Part shown: one piece after another, positions 8,765 through 19,115 of the stretch
Numbering within the stretch: the stretch's first letter is position 1
How the letters are laid out: each line of letters opens with the position of its first letter
Position numbers and translations under genes: made by a program
The notes under the pieces: generated by a model
Databases searched by the model: none
Seen by the model: only the letters and a program-made list of their open reading frames with translations
Told to the model about the DNA's origin: nothing
IMG/VR virus record: IMGVR_UViG_3300050343_000159
Direction: 5' to 3' (one strand)
Origin: a virus
Taxonomy: Duplodnaviria > Caudoviricetes
Length of the DNA: 64,000 nucleotides

Positions 8765-9678
8765 TGGATTACAAAACTTCTGGCGTTGATATTGAAAAGG
8801 GAAAAGCATTCGTAGAACATCTTAAAATTATGGCACCTAAAATTGGTGGATTTAATGGAATGTATCCTCTTCCAAAAGGATATGAAAGACCGGTCTTGGT
8901 ATCTGGTGCTGATGGTGTCGGAACTAAGATGAATATCTGTAGGATTGCCTTTGACTACACTACAATTGGAATTGATTTAGTTGCAATGTGTGTCAATGAT
9001 GTAATCTGTAGTGGTGCTAAACCATTGTACTTCTTAGATTATATCTCTACTAAAAATATAAACTCTAGTGTCAATGAAATTGTATCTGGAATTGTCAAAG
9101 GATGTGAGATTTCTGGAATGGACCTTCTAGGTGGAGAGACTGCAGAACATTTCAGAGCAACTGATTATGACCTTGCTGGTTTTGTACTGGTATTGTAGAG
9201 AAATATGAGATTGTTAATGGTAGTAGTATCCGAGCTGGTGATGTAGTCATTGGTATTGAGAGTAGTGGTCTTCATAGTAATGGATACACTCTTATCAATG
9301 ATATGTTGAGTAAACATAAAATCTTCTATAAAGGATATGCCAGAGTTGTTAACACCAACTACAATCTATTCTCCTTTGATTCAATATCTTTTGGATCAAG
9401 TTCCTATTCTTGGTATGGCACACATCACAGGTGGTGGTATTCCCGAAAATCTTCCTAGGTGTCTCCCCGAAGGATTGAGTGCAAATGTTGATTACAATTC
9501 TTGGGAAAGACCAGAACTCTTTGATAAGATACAAAAAGCTGGTGATATCACTGAAGAGGAGATGAAAAACGTATTCAATCTTGGTATCGGATTCTGTTTG
9601 GTTGTTCCACCAGATGTGGTAGAATTGACTCAATCACTTATTAGTATGAAGTCCTGGGTCATCGGAGTAGTTGAATGA
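8764..9678 (+). CDS. purM: Phosphoribosylaminoimidazole synthetase (frameshifted in this assembly near 9180 and 9335)
   Basis: [38 protein letters not shown] in the intervening frame, AHITGGG, FNLGIG. Confidence 0.9.
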
Positions 9679-9953
9679 AGTTTAAAGCATTAGTATTCAT
9701 CCGACTACGATCACAGGTTGATGATTCGCCAGGTAATGCTGTGAGAGATTGCTGTAAAAGAATGTCTGAGTTAGACATCAAGAAACTTAGACTTGGTAAG
9801 GTCATTGATGTTTGGTTGGAAGCAGAGAGTAGAGAGTATGCTGAGAAGGAACTCGAAATGCTATCGGATAGATTTCTTGCTAATAAAGTTATGGAAGACT
9901 GGGATTATGAATTGACTGAGATTGAAAACTTTCCTAAAGGTATTGAGGAATAA
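9675..9953 (+). CDS. purS: FGAM synthetase subunit PurS
   Basis: V.D..GNAV, LRLGKVI, LAN.VME. Confidence 0.8.
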   Translation: MKFKALVFIRLRSQVDDSPGNAVRDCCKRMSELDIKKLRLGKVIDVWLEAESREYAEKELEMLSDRFLANKVMEDWDYELTEIENFPKGIEE

Positions 9954-11113
9954 TGGGATATCTAATCGGTGGTGCTGGTGAAGGTGTAGAAGAGGAGATC
10001 GTACAATCTGGTAAAGACTATTCTAAACTGTCTGATAGAGAACTTCTAAGTCTCAGGGATCAGACAGTAAAGGATGTTGCTAAGTTCAATAACTTTCAGA
10101 TGGTGAGAAAGATTTGTTTGAACTCAGCTTATGGTGCGGTTGGTAACCAATACTTCAGATACTTCAAACTTGCAAATGCAGAAGCTATCACTCTGTCAGG
10201 TCAAACATCTATCAGGTGGATTGAGGATAGGTTAAACAAGTATCTGAATGAACTCCTAAAGACTGATAGTGATTATGTTATTGCCGTTGATACTGATTCT
10301 GTATACCTTAACCTTGGTCCTCTTGTTGATAAGTTCCTAGCAAAACAGAAGGATGATAAGGAGAAGGTGGTGAACCTTTTGGATAAGGTTTGTCAAGACA
10401 AGTTAGAACCTTTTATTGACGACTGTTATGTGAAACTGGCTGACTATGTGAATGCATATGATCAGAAGATGCAGATGAAGAGAGAAAATATTGCTGATCG
10501 TGGTATTTGGACCGCCAAGAAAAGATACATTCTTAATGTGTGGGATAGTGAGGGTGTTCGTTATGAAGAACCCAAACTCAAGATCATGGGTATTGAGGCT
10601 GTCAAATCATCTACACCCGCTCCCTGTAGGAAGATGATTAAGGATGGTCTCCGAGTGATGATGGAAGGAACTGAGGATGAGATGATTAAGTTTATCGATG
10701 AGGCTAGAATTAAGTTCAATAAACTATCGGTAGCCGAGTTGTCATTTCCCCGTTCTATTTCTGATGTAAATAAACACAAGAGCCATACAACCATCTATGG
10801 AAAGGGTTGTCCTATCCATGTGAGAGGTTCGCTACTTCATAACCACTACATTAAAGAGAGAGGTTTGGATAACAAGTATTCTCTTATCAATAATGGTGAT
10901 AAGATTAAGTTTGTTTATCTTAAGAAAGCCAATCCTATTCGTGAGAATGTGATTTCATTCTTGAATGATTTCCCGTATGAACTCGGACTTGATAAGTATA
11001 TTGATTATGAGTTACAATTCAACAAAGCCTTCCTTGAACCTGTAAAGGTCATTCTTGATTCCATTGGATGGAATGTTGAGAAAGTTGCAAACCTAGAGTT
11101 ATTTTTTAGTTAA
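9953..11113 (+). CDS. gp43B: DNA polymerase gp43, C-terminal part (second fingers helix, palm motif C, thumb)
   Basis: KICLNSAYGAVG, DTDS, KKRY, IMGIEAVKSSTP, C-terminal clamp-binding LELFFS. Confidence 0.95.
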   Translation: MGYLIGGAGEGVEEEIVQSGKDYSKLSDRELLSLRDQTVKDVAKFNNFQMVRKICLNSAYGAVGNQYFRYFKLANAEAITLSGQTSIRWIEDRLNKYLNELLKTDSDYVIAVDTDSVYLNLGPLVDKFLAKQKDDKEKVVNLLDKVCQDKLEPFIDDCYVKLADYVNAYDQKMQMKRENIADRGIWTAKKRYILNVWDSEGVRYEEPKLKIMGIEAVKSSTPAPCRKMIKDGLRVMMEGTEDEMIKFIDEARIKFNKLSVAELSFPRSISDVNKHKSHTTIYGKGCPIHVRGSLLHNHYIKERGLDNKYSLINNGDKIKFVYLKKANPIRENVISFLNDFPYELGLDKYIDYELQFNKAFLEPVKVILDSIGWNVEKVANLELFFS

Positions 11114-12123
11114 TGGATTTCCTTAAAGAGATTGTAAAAGAGATTGGAGATGAGTACACCCAACTGGCAGCCGACATCGACGAAACCGAAACTTACGTGG
11201 ACACGGGTTCGTACATCTTTAACGGACTTTGTTCAGGTAGTATATTTGGTGGCGTATCTGGGAATAAGATTACTGCCATTGCTGGGGAGTCTTCTACTGG
11301 AAAGACTTTCTTTAGCTTGGCAGTCGTCAAGAACTTCCTTGATTCTAACCCTGGTGGTTATTGTCTATATTTTGACACTGAAGCCGCTGTTAACAAGTCT
11401 CTTCTTACAAGTAGGGGGATTGACTTAGATCGGTTTGTTGTAGTGAATGTAGTTACTGTTGAACAGTTCAGACAGAAGGCACTACAAGCTGTTGATATCT
11501 ACCTCAAAACACCAGAGGAAGATAGGAAACCATGTATGTTTGTGTTAGACTCTCTGGGTATGTTGTCTACAGAGAAAGAGATTCGTGATGCTCTTGATGA
11601 TAAACAGGTTCGGGACATGACTAAATCACAGTTAGTCAAAGGAGCCTTCAGAATGTTAACCCTGAAGTTGGGACAGGCTAAAATCCCAATGATTGTTACT
11701 AACCACACCTACGATGTTATCGGATCTTATGTCCCGACTAAGGAAATGGGAGGCGGCAGCGGCCTCAAGTATGCCGCGTCTACGATCATTTATCTCAGCA
11801 AGAAAAAAGAAAAGGATGGAACGGCTATTGTCGGAAACCTTATCAAGGCTAAAACAGCAAAGTCAAGACTTAGTAAAGAAAATAAAGACGTAACAGTTCG
11901 TCTCTATTATGATGAGAGAGGATTGGACAAATACTATGGTCTCCTTGAGTTAGGAGAAGTTGGTGGTATGTGGAAGAATGTGGCAGGTAGATATGAAATG
12001 GATGGTAAAAAAATATATGCAAAAGAGATTCTTAAGAATCCAGATAAGTATTTTACACAGGAAGTTTTAGAACAGTTAGATGAAATCGCGAAAGAACAAT
12101 TCTCCTATGGTTCAAGTATTTGA
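11113..12123 (+). CDS. uvsX: RecA-like recombinase UvsX
   Basis: Walker A GESSTGKT, LDSLGML, MGGGSG. Confidence 0.93.
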   Translation: MDFLKEIVKEIGDEYTQLAADIDETETYVDTGSYIFNGLCSGSIFGGVSGNKITAIAGESSTGKTFFSLAVVKNFLDSNPGGYCLYFDTEAAVNKSLLTSRGIDLDRFVVVNVVTVEQFRQKALQAVDIYLKTPEEDRKPCMFVLDSLGMLSTEKEIRDALDDKQVRDMTKSQLVKGAFRMLTLKLGQAKIPMIVTNHTYDVIGSYVPTKEMGGGSGLKYAASTIIYLSKKKEKDGTAIVGNLIKAKTAKSRLSKENKDVTVRLYYDERGLDKYYGLLELGEVGGMWKNVAGRYEMDGKKIYAKEILKNPDKYFTQEVLEQLDEIAKEQFSYGSSI

Positions 12124-12625
12124 CCATGTTCTCCCCGAGGACTTGTGTCACAATCTCATAGATCTGTTTGAAGACTCTGAGAAGAACCATGAATACTTTA
12201 ATGATGATTATAAACCCTGCTTTACACAACTGAATCTTAATCAACATAATCCAGAACTTGTAAAGGTTTTAGTTGGTTTTGTTCAGAAAGCATATGGAAT
12301 GTACTCAGTTGAGGTTAGGAGAAAACATTTACCAAGATTGAAATCTCTTGAAGAGTTTAGACTTAAGAGATACCTTCCTGGTGGAGAACAGAGATTTGAT
12401 GAACACGTAGATGTTGTTGATCATCCCTCTGCAAGGAGATGTCTTGCCTTCTTATTTTATCTAAACGGTAGTGACGGAGAAACATACTTTCCTGAACATG
12501 ACGTGACAATCCACCCAAAGTGTGGTAAAGTATTAGTGTTCCCTCCAACATGGGAATACCCACACGCTGGGTTACCACCAACAAATACAAAGTATATTTT
12601 GAGTACATACATTCATTATGAATAA
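12080..12625 (+). CDS. 2OG-Fe(II) oxygenase (start probably 12107)
   Basis: FDEHVD HxD motif, LFYLN, GETYF, YPHAG, KYILS. Confidence 0.85.
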   Translation: MKSRKNNSPMVQVFDHVLPEDLCHNLIDLFEDSEKNHEYFNDDYKPCFTQLNLNQHNPELVKVLVGFVQKAYGMYSVEVRRKHLPRLKSLEEFRLKRYLPGGEQRFDEHVDVVDHPSARRCLAFLFYLNGSDGETYFPEHDVTIHPKCGKVLVFPPTWEYPHAGLPPTNTKYILSTYIHYE

Positions 12626-13991
12626 GGTTGAGTTTCTAATCCTAAGAAGTCTTCTTCACAATGAAGAATATTTGCGTAAGGCTTTACCATTCCTCAAAGA
12701 TGAATACTTTGAGGACGAGGATCAGAAAGTTGTATACCAAGAGATTCTCAGTTTTACAACTGAGTATAATGAACTTCCTACAAAAGAGGTTCTTTCTATT
12801 GAGGTTGAGAAACGAAAGGATATCAATGAGGATCAGTTCAAGAAAATTGCTCATCTGATTTCACATCTAGATGATGAACCAGCAGAGTTTGATTGGTTGT
12901 TAAACACTACTGAAAAGTGGTGTCGTGAACGTGCTATCTACTTGGCACTGGTTGAGTCTATTGGTATCGCAGATGGTCAGAGTAAAGATAAGACTCCAGA
13001 TGCAATTCCTTCTATCTTATCTGATGCTCTAGCTGTTAGTTTTGACAACCATGTTGGACACGATTACCTGGAAGATTATCTAGAAAGATATGAAGCCTAT
13101 AATAGAAAGGAGAATAGAATACCATTTGATTTAGAATACTTCAACAAAGTTACAAAGGGTGGTCTTCCTAATAAAACACTGAATATTGCTCTTGCTGGCA
13201 CAGGTGTTGGTAAGTCTTTGTTTATGTGTCATATGGCTGCCTCTGTTCTTCTTCAGAACAAGAATGTTTTATACATTACTATGGAGATGGCTGAAGAGAA
13301 GATTGCAGAACGTATTGATGCCAATCTTCTGAATGTCAACATCCAAGAGGTGGCAGAGCTTCCTAAACAGATGTTTGAAACCAAGGTAAATAATCTAGCA
13401 AAGAAGACTCAGGGAACCCTGATCATCAAAGAATATCCCACAGCATCGGCACACAGTGGACACTTTACATCACTTCTTAACGAGCTTGCACTTAAGAAAT
13501 CATTTAAGCCTGATATTATTTTCATTGATTACCTTAATATATGTGCTTCCAGCAGGTATCGCGGAGGTAGTAATGTCAATTCATATACGGTTATCAAGTC
13601 TATTGCTGAGGAGCTTAGAGGATTGGCTGTTGAAGCAAACGTCCCTATCGTTTCTGCCACGCAGACCACTCGTTCTGGTTATGGTAGCTCTGATGTTGAG
13701 CTTACTGACACTAGCGAATCCTTTGGTCTCCCTGCTACTGCTGATCTTATGTTTGCCCTTATTTCAACTGATGAGCTTGAGGGGCTCGGACAGATACTGG
13801 TAAAACAACTCAAGAATAGATACAATGACGCTAATGTGTATAAGAGATTTGTGATTGGTATTGACAGAGCCAAGATGAGGTTGTATGATTGTGAGCAGTC
13901 AGCTCAGGACGATCTCCTTGAAAGTAAAACCGAAGAGGAGTATAATTATGAGGACAAACCTAAGAAATCATTTGAGGGATTTAAGTTTTGA
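12618..13991 (+). CDS. gp41: Replicative DnaB-like helicase gp41
   Basis: AGTGVGKS, ITMEM, IFIDYL, ATQTTR, QLKNRY; no intein. Confidence 0.95.
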   Translation: MNKVEFLILRSLLHNEEYLRKALPFLKDEYFEDEDQKVVYQEILSFTTEYNELPTKEVLSIEVEKRKDINEDQFKKIAHLISHLDDEPAEFDWLLNTTEKWCRERAIYLALVESIGIADGQSKDKTPDAIPSILSDALAVSFDNHVGHDYLEDYLERYEAYNRKENRIPFDLEYFNKVTKGGLPNKTLNIALAGTGVGKSLFMCHMAASVLLQNKNVLYITMEMAEEKIAERIDANLLNVNIQEVAELPKQMFETKVNNLAKKTQGTLIIKEYPTASAHSGHFTSLLNELALKKSFKPDIIFIDYLNICASSRYRGGSNVNSYTVIKSIAEELRGLAVEANVPIVSATQTTRSGYGSSDVELTDTSESFGLPATADLMFALISTDELEGLGQILVKQLKNRYNDANVYKRFVIGIDRAKMRLYDCEQSAQDDLLESKTEEEYNYEDKPKKSFEGFKF

Positions 13992-14302
13992 ACGGTTACT
14001 ATTCAGTGTTTAATCCCAGAGGTGAAAAGATTGCCGATTGTGGTAGTCAAAGAGATGCCGTTAATCTTATTGGTATGAGGAATGCACGATGGGACGGACA
14101 TTACTATATGTTCAATCCTCTCCCTGGTGATATAATTGATGTTAGTTCTGACAAACAACTTCCTACCCGAGACATCGTAGTTAATATGGATGGTGGAGTA
14201 GGTGGTAGTTGGGAACAAATTGAATATTTCGAAGTTGGTGGTCAGAAACTTCCAACCCAACAATCTCTCCCTGAAAATCAACAACAACCTTTAGACTTAT
14301 GA
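13988..14302 (+). CDS. Hypothetical protein
   Basis: 104-aa ORF, TTG start overlapping the gp41 stop. Confidence 0.55.
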   Translation: MNGYYSVFNPRGEKIADCGSQRDAVNLIGMRNARWDGHYYMFNPLPGDIIDVSSDKQLPTRDIVVNMDGGVGGSWEQIEYFEVGGQKLPTQQSLPENQQQPLDL

Positions 14303-14703
14303 CTGTAGACACACAACGATACCTTGAATTTGTAAATGGCGTTACCTCGGAACAAAGTAAAGATCACGAAGCTTTTGTATATCGTATCCAAGAACTTGAA
14401 GGACAGGAATTTCCTACCGAGCGATTGCTTACTGCTGCTGTAGGAATGTCTGCTGAGGCAGGTGAGTTTACTGAGATTGTCAAGAAGATTGTATTCCAAG
14501 GTAAACCTGTTAATGAAGAGAACTTGTTTCATATGAAACGAGAACTTGGTGATATTATGTGGTATGTGGCTCAAGCCTGTATGGGGTTAAATACCTCGAT
14601 CGATGAGATCATTGAGATGAATGTAGATAAACTTGAGAAACGATACCCTGGTGGATCGTTTGATGTTCACTACTCTGAAAACCGTAAACAAGGAGACCTC
14701 TGA
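14299..14703 (+). CDS. mazG: MazG-like nucleotide pyrophosphohydrolase
   Basis: EAGEFTEIVKK, RELGDIMWY, NVDKLEKRYP. Confidence 0.9.
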   Translation: MTVDTQRYLEFVNGVTSEQSKDHEAFVYRIQELEGQEFPTERLLTAAVGMSAEAGEFTEIVKKIVFQGKPVNEENLFHMKRELGDIMWYVAQACMGLNTSIDEIIEMNVDKLEKRYPGGSFDVHYSENRKQGDL

Positions 14704-15805
14704 TGGATGGCGCAGTTCATGCATGGAATACCATGAGTTATGGAGAAGGATTTCTCTTCTCCGTTTGGTTACTGGGGATGTATTTTATTAAACTAAAAAT
14801 GGATCAGAGGTTTGGGCGATGAATCTTGAAATGAGTAGACGTGACGCAATTGTTCTACGTCATCATCTTTTCTTGTATACAAAAGATCACCCTGGTTTCT
14901 TCTCTGATGAAGGTATTCTAAAGATCAGAGAGATTTCACAACAACTAGATAAACAAATTGGTAAAGAGGAAAACCTATGATTAAAATTGAAATGGATGTT
15001 AGAGCTGCAGCCGCAGTGAGAGCATCACTCTTTCGTGATACAAAAGAGTATACATATGATCCAACCTGTTGTCCTCAACGAGTTGTTGATCTTCGTAACG
15101 TAATTTTAGATTTGGACACACAAATCGAAACAGAAATCCAAAAAGTAATTGAAGCACAAACTGAGGAGGAATCCAATGAAACTACTGACGCTTGAAGACT
15201 ATCAAAAAGCTGGAGAAGAGTTTTGGCCTAAGTATTGGTACGTCTCTAAAGAACTTGGAGAGGGAGCTAAGGTTGAGGACATTCTAAAAGTTATGGAATC
15301 TCTTGGTGCTGTTGCTTTAAAAATTAAAGTAGAAGACAAACTCTCTGGACCATTTGGATTTAACAAAAAGAAAGATGACGAATCAACGGAAGAATGAAAC
15401 CCTGGTTGATGAAGCATTCTATGTCTGGGAAACTAGATATGGACTGTGGTCAACAGAAACAAAAGAAGGTCGTGGTATGATGACTGGAGCTACTAGAGAT
15501 GCTGTTGTTGTAATGACACGGTGGCATCTCAAGTGTGAACAAGATGGAACTCTTGAACAATACACAAGAGTTGTAGGTAGTTCTGTGGTTGATGGGAAGT
15601 TGTAATGGACCAAATATTCAGACTGTTGTCTATGTTTGTTATGTTGTTCAATATCTGTAATCAGAGTGACTTCAATAGACAACAGTGTATGAAAGACTGG
15701 GATGTGTGGTTGTATCCTGAACTTATAAGTGGTTGGAATCTATACACAGAAAAAGAAAAACCCTATCAAAGAGAGAAGGAAATATTAGAAGACATAAATA
15801 ACTAA
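14703..15805 (+). CDS. Run of about six small overlapping hypothetical ORFs (14703, 14819, 14977, ~15176, 15354, 15605)
   Basis: Tightly packed start/stop overlaps in the same orientation. Confidence 0.55.
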
Positions 15806-15827
15806 TAATAGATTTGTTGCTAGAACC

Positions 15828-17079
15828 ATGCAAGATATGAGAGATCTGTATAAGGCATATTCTGCCGTACATGATACTACTATTAAGGAAGAACTAGATA
15901 ACTCGAAAGATCAGATTTCTGCAATGAACTTGGGTCAGCTGACCGAAGATGATTTGCTTGAAGTTTGTGAGGAGATTGTAGAAGGTTTGTTCCAGTATGG
16001 TTGTGTTCTAAACACTGTACATGAAGTTGTTGGTTCTGTTATGGAATCGACTGTAGAAGGTGAACTTCCTGCACATAGACAAGAGAAGATTGTTCGTATC
16101 TCTGAAGCATTTGATAAGACATTTGAAAAGGTAGCTAGTAGAGCTGAGAGAAACTGTGAAGAAGAGTTCCTCAAGTATCGCACTAATAAGCCTCTGAATG
16201 AGAAGTGGCAAAATAAGTTGAATAATGAAGTTGGTAACGAGAAACTTCATGCAGCTTTGATTCACGAAGATAGAGAAACCATCAAGGGTGGTTTGATTGA
16301 GATGATCTCTAAGGTCATTGAAGAGAAGAAAGATTCTTCTTATCTTGAGACAGATATGAAGAAGAGAGAGAAGAATAACGAGAAGGCTCGTAAGGACATG
16401 GAGAAGATGGGTTCTATGAAGAATCCAGCCTTTGAAGAAGTATCAACTCTGAGAAAGGGTTGGGGTGATGCATATGCCGCCATCTACGAGAAGAAACTTG
16501 ATCCTGTAGGTCAGGAAGATGGTGATATCGATAATGACGGTGACAAGGATTCTTCTGATAAGTATCTTGCCAAGAGACGTAAGGCTATCGCTAAGTCCAT
16601 GAATGAAAGAAGGTAAGATGTCTGATGAAGACATCAAGAAGCGTGTTGGTTACACTTCTGATGAAACTCGCCAGAAGAGACTTGATAAAATCAAAGTCAA
16701 GTTTATGAAGAAAGAAGAGACTGAAGTACAAGAAGGTATCCGTGATCTTGATCAAGAAAAAGGAACCAAAGAAAGAAAAGCAAGTCTCGAAAAGAAGCGT
16801 GGTATGAAACTTGATGATCATCCCCAGTATAAGAAAGAAAAAGTCGAAGGTTACATGCCTATGACACCTGAGAGAACTGCTCGTGTTGACAAATCAAAAG
16901 CAAAGGCTTATGATAAGGACATGATGGCACAATCCAAGGGTGACACTGAAGGAGCAGATAAACAGTTCAAACGTCGTATGGCAATGGACTTCAAAACTAA
17001 GATGAAGAAAGAGGAAGTAACTTTCTCTGAAGCTGAACTGAAGAAGTTTGAAGAGATTGCAAAATCCTGGGAAGATTGA
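15828..17079 (+). CDS. Probable head-internal/virion protein (likely one ORF; 15828-16616 and 16603-17079 joined by a 1-nt indel)
   Basis: TAAATA 15795-15800; DLYKAYSAVH..IKEE and AYAAIYEKK repeats; LDPVGQEDGDIDNDGDKD motif; removing one A at ~16606 fuses the frames. Confidence 0.6.
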
Positions 17080-17082
17080 TCG

Positions 17083-19061
17083 ATGACGAGAGACGTATTT
17101 AAATATTTTAAACATGTAAGGTCTCTCCAAGAAGATAAAGGAGCTGAGAAAGCAGCAGAGCTTGGTTACCAACACCAGGCTCGTGGTGTGTATATTGATC
17201 CTAAAACTCAGAAGAGATACAAGAATGTTGGCGATAAGTTAGAACCTATCGTTGTTGAACCAACTGCCGAAAAGGGTGGTGGTCAACAGAAACCTGATAC
17301 CAAATCATTGGGTCAGTTTAAAAAAGATGCTACTAGCAACACAACCAGACACCAACAGCATTGCCACAAATTCCTGATGGAGTTAGTGACGATGAGTTTG
17401 CTGCTGCTAAGGCAAAAGAATTTACTGGTGGTAGAGATGTAACACCAGAAAGAAAGGAGTTCCTTGATAAAGTATCTAAGACACTGGTTGCATTAGGTAA
17501 TCGTCAGGCGGCAGCTGAGGTATCTGATGAAGAGGAACCTGAAACACCAGAAGAAACAGAAGCACCAGAAGAAAAGACAGCTGATGATTTCCCTACTATT
17601 GATCAGAAACTAGAACAGGAATCTGAAGAGGCTACTGAAGACAATGATTTAGATGAGGATGAAGCATTTGAAACTGAGTATGAAAGGTTCCAACAGGAAG
17701 CCGAAGAAACCATGAGAGGTTTGGCTGATAGGCAACGCAAGATGATGGAAAAGAAGTTCGGTAAATTTACTGAATCTCTGAAGAATATCCCTAGTGCTAC
17801 TGATAAGAAATCATTCTTGGCATCAATGGCACACGCCAAGACATTTGAAGGTCGTGTGAATGCAGGTGCTGGTAAGAACAATCTTGGATATGCTGATGTG
17901 CAGAACTTGATGGCCAATCGTGACAGATTGATTGAAGGATATGGTGATGGATCACCTGAACATATTAAAAAGTTTGTTGATTCTGTTCGTTCGATCGAAG
18001 TATCTGATGAATTTGTTGATGCATCTTATGATGTTCTTCCTGAAACTTTCAAGAAATCATTGAAAGGTAAAGGTCAAGTTACTGGTGATAAGTATGTGTC
18101 AGATGATAAGGCACATAAAGACATGCACTATCTGGGCAAAAACCCAGATGGTACAGCAAAGAGAGGTATGGCTAGTACTAATGATAGGGCTAAGTTGATG
18201 TGGAAGATCTACCTGGAACAGGGTGGTCGTGATGCCTATACAGGTCTCCCACTTGATATTCAGTCAATGGATTTGGAACATGTTCGTGGTTTCAACAATA
18301 AAGATGGTGGAAAACCAGGTAAAGAAGAGTGGGAACAGAGAGAAAATGATGATAATATGACCCTTATCAACTCTAATATCAACCAAACAAAGGTTGATTT
18401 GTCAATGAAAGACTTCTTTGAACAGAGAGTTGATCCAGATAAGGACAAATCAGAGGAAGACTTTGGTGGTATTGAGAAGTTATTTGACAAACAGAATGAA
18501 ATTATGAGTGTTGGTGAGGAACTTTCCAAAACACTTTTAGGTGAAGGTGGTAAGGGACTTGGTAACGAAGTAACTAGAGAAGTTCTTAGAGAACACTTTA
18601 GTGGTGATGATACCAGGTATAATGATCTTAGAGAAGAGTTCCGTAAGGTTGCCACTGATGAAAAAGATAAGAAAAAGGCCAATGGAATGAAGTCTAAGAT
18701 GGGTAAAACTCTTCTGAAAGCTACTGGTTTGGCTCGTGGTATTACTGACCCTTCAGGTAGAAGAACAGTAGCACTTCAAGAGAATGTGTATCGTGGTTTC
18801 TTGGAGTCGATGGCTGGAGCAAAATCATCAGATCGTCAAAAGTATATGGATGGTTGGGCAGAAGCAATTAAAGCAGGTAATGATGAGAGAACACCTAAAG
18901 CAGTCAATAGAAAACTGATTGAACTCGGATTGATCGATCAAGAGATCTTGGATGATAAGAAAGCTGGTCGAGTGTTCCGTGAAGAACTTGAATATCTTGA
19001 TAGGATGAATGGAAGAATGACTATTGATAAGTTAAAAAAATCATTAAGAAATCCCTTTTGA
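17083..19061 (+). CDS. Large protein with Cas9-like HNH nuclease domain, probable head-internal protein (frameshift ~17335)
   Basis: KIYLEQGGRDAYTGLPLDIQSMDLEHV...DNMTLINSNINQTK at ~18200-18400; acidic linker; N-terminal LQE site. Confidence 0.7.
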
Positions 19062-19062
19062 C

Positions 19063-19091
19063 TTGACACAGGGGTCAAGGTGTGTTAGTAT
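19063..19091 (+). promoter_or_regulatory. sigma70-type early promoter
   Basis: TTGACA 19063-19068, 17 nt, TG-n-TAGTAT 19086-19091. Confidence 0.8.
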
Positions 19092-19115
19092 TGTCGTATA
19101 GTAAAAAAGTCATTA

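Noticed and set aside
8250-10100. Split intein joining gp43A and gp43B
   Set aside because: No N-intein starting with C/S plus block B TxxH at the end of gp43A, and no C-terminal HN-C/S/T in the gp43B leader
17083-19061. Cas9, IscB or HEARO-type RNA-guided system
   Set aside because: Only the HNH domain is recognisable; there are no RuvC motifs, no CRISPR repeats anywhere in the window and no flanking intergenic space for a guide RNA. Kept only as an HNH protein
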